The notes under the pieces: generated by a model
Seen by the model: only the letters and a program-made list of their open reading frames with translations
Databases searched by the model: none
What the model was told of the DNA's origin: nothing
Made by a program: the position numbers and the translations under genes
Assembly (NCBI GenBank): GCA_017501245.1
Contig: JAFVXI010000013.1
Coordinates: 410,335 to 474,334 of the forward strand
DNA length: 64,000 nucleotides
Reading direction: 5' to 3'
Source of the DNA: Clostridia bacterium
GTDB lineage: Bacteria; Bacillota; Clostridia; Oscillospirales; CAG-272
Part shown: positions 63,481-64,000 of the stretch, in pieces
Numbering within the stretch: the stretch's first letter is position 1
Layout of the letters: every line of letters starts with the position of its first letter

Positions 63481-64000
63481 ATGTCAATTCTGACCGAAGA
63501 GATCCAAAAGAGGCGAACCTTCGCCATCATATCACACCCCGACGCAGGTAAGACCACCCTGACCGAGAAGTTTCTCCTCTATGGAGGAGCTATCCAGACG
63601 GCAGGCTCGGTCAAGGGCAAGCAGACGGACAAGCACGCCGTCTCCGACTGGATGGACCTCGAGAAGCAGAGAGGTATCTCTATCACCTCCTCCGTGCTTC
63701 AGTTTGAATACGACGGATATTGCATAAACATACTTGACACCCCCGGCCACCAGGACTTCTCCGAGGACACCTACCGCACGCTCATGGCGGCAGACTCCGC
63801 CGTGATGGTCATAGATGCGGCAAAGGGCATCGAGCCGCAGACGAGAAAGCTCTTCAAGGTCTGCGCTATGAGAGATATCCCGATCTTTACGTTCATCAAC
63901 AAGATGGACCGTGAGGCGCGCGACCCCTTCGACCTTATTGACGAATTGGAGCGTGAGTTCGGCATCGGGACCTATCCGATGAACTGGCCGATCGGCTGCG
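63481..64000 (+). CDS. prfC: peptide chain release factor 3 (5' part, runs off the window)
   Basis: [30 protein letters not shown] (G1), DTPGHQDF (G3), NKMDR (G4). Not in the ORF track because no stop lies within the window. Confidence 0.9.
   Translation, partial: MSILTEEIQKRRTFAIISHPDAGKTTLTEKFLLYGGAIQTAGSVKGKQTDKHAVSDWMDLEKQRGISITSSVLQFEYDGYCINILDTPGHQDFSEDTYRTLMAADSAVMVIDAAKGIEPQTRKLFKVCAMRDIPIFTFINKMDREARDPFDLIDELEREFGIGTYPMNWPIGC

Overview
GC-rich chromosomal segment, with strong G/C at third codon positions that leaves many long spurious antisense ORFs. It looks like a Gram-positive, Clostridia-like bacterium: secG-rnr synteny, long-form HPF, HPr with the Ser46 motif, a T-box leader, sigma-A type promoters and a lipobox lipoprotein. 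I support about 50 protein genes, and almost all are recognisable. They include the csoR-copA copper efflux pair, an APC permease and three tandem heparinase II/III-like paralogs. The housekeeping run is secG, rnr, tadA, rimM-trmD, ptsH, uvrC-rsmD-coaD and pheST. One long minus-strand block carries an FGGY kinase, an archaeal-type TIM, a KpsF-like SIS isomerase, YjbQ and a frameshifted FSA/transaldolase. It continues with E2, E3, a fused E1 alpha-beta 2-oxoacid dehydrogenase, LplA and a PHP protein. The rest are a 1499-aa BspA-type LRR lipoprotein, a DeoR-controlled amino-sugar-like operon, lysR/aspA, hpf, T-box-controlled metY-metA, a CvpA-like membrane protein, rnc and the start of prfC. I saw no rRNA, tRNA, CRISPR array, transposase, integrase, phage gene or recognisable defence gene, so I cannot point to a new multi-gene protein system. 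The unusual content is mostly non-coding. (1) A roughly 1.15 kb ORF-free stretch lies between hpf and the metY T-box, made of tandem 161-bp modules followed by a hairpin-rich segment that ends in an intrinsic terminator. (2) A family of 20-23 nt periodic arrays, each unit a constant GTTATGA heptamer plus a mini-hairpin with compensatory stem changes, starts at or next to stop codons at three loci. (3) Heptad microsatellites occur at several sites, including one that fills the csoR 5' leader. (4) A small terminator-bearing module is duplicated downstream of the nagB-like gene. Protein-level oddities are a CopA with a fused CopZ-like domain that keeps an internal SD+ATG, and a Gly/Asp-repeat tail that continues in frame through two TGA codons. 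RNase III also carries a Lys/Ala/Pro-rich linker and a second dsRBD-like domain. All calls come from reading the sequence and ORF translations by eye; no searches were run.
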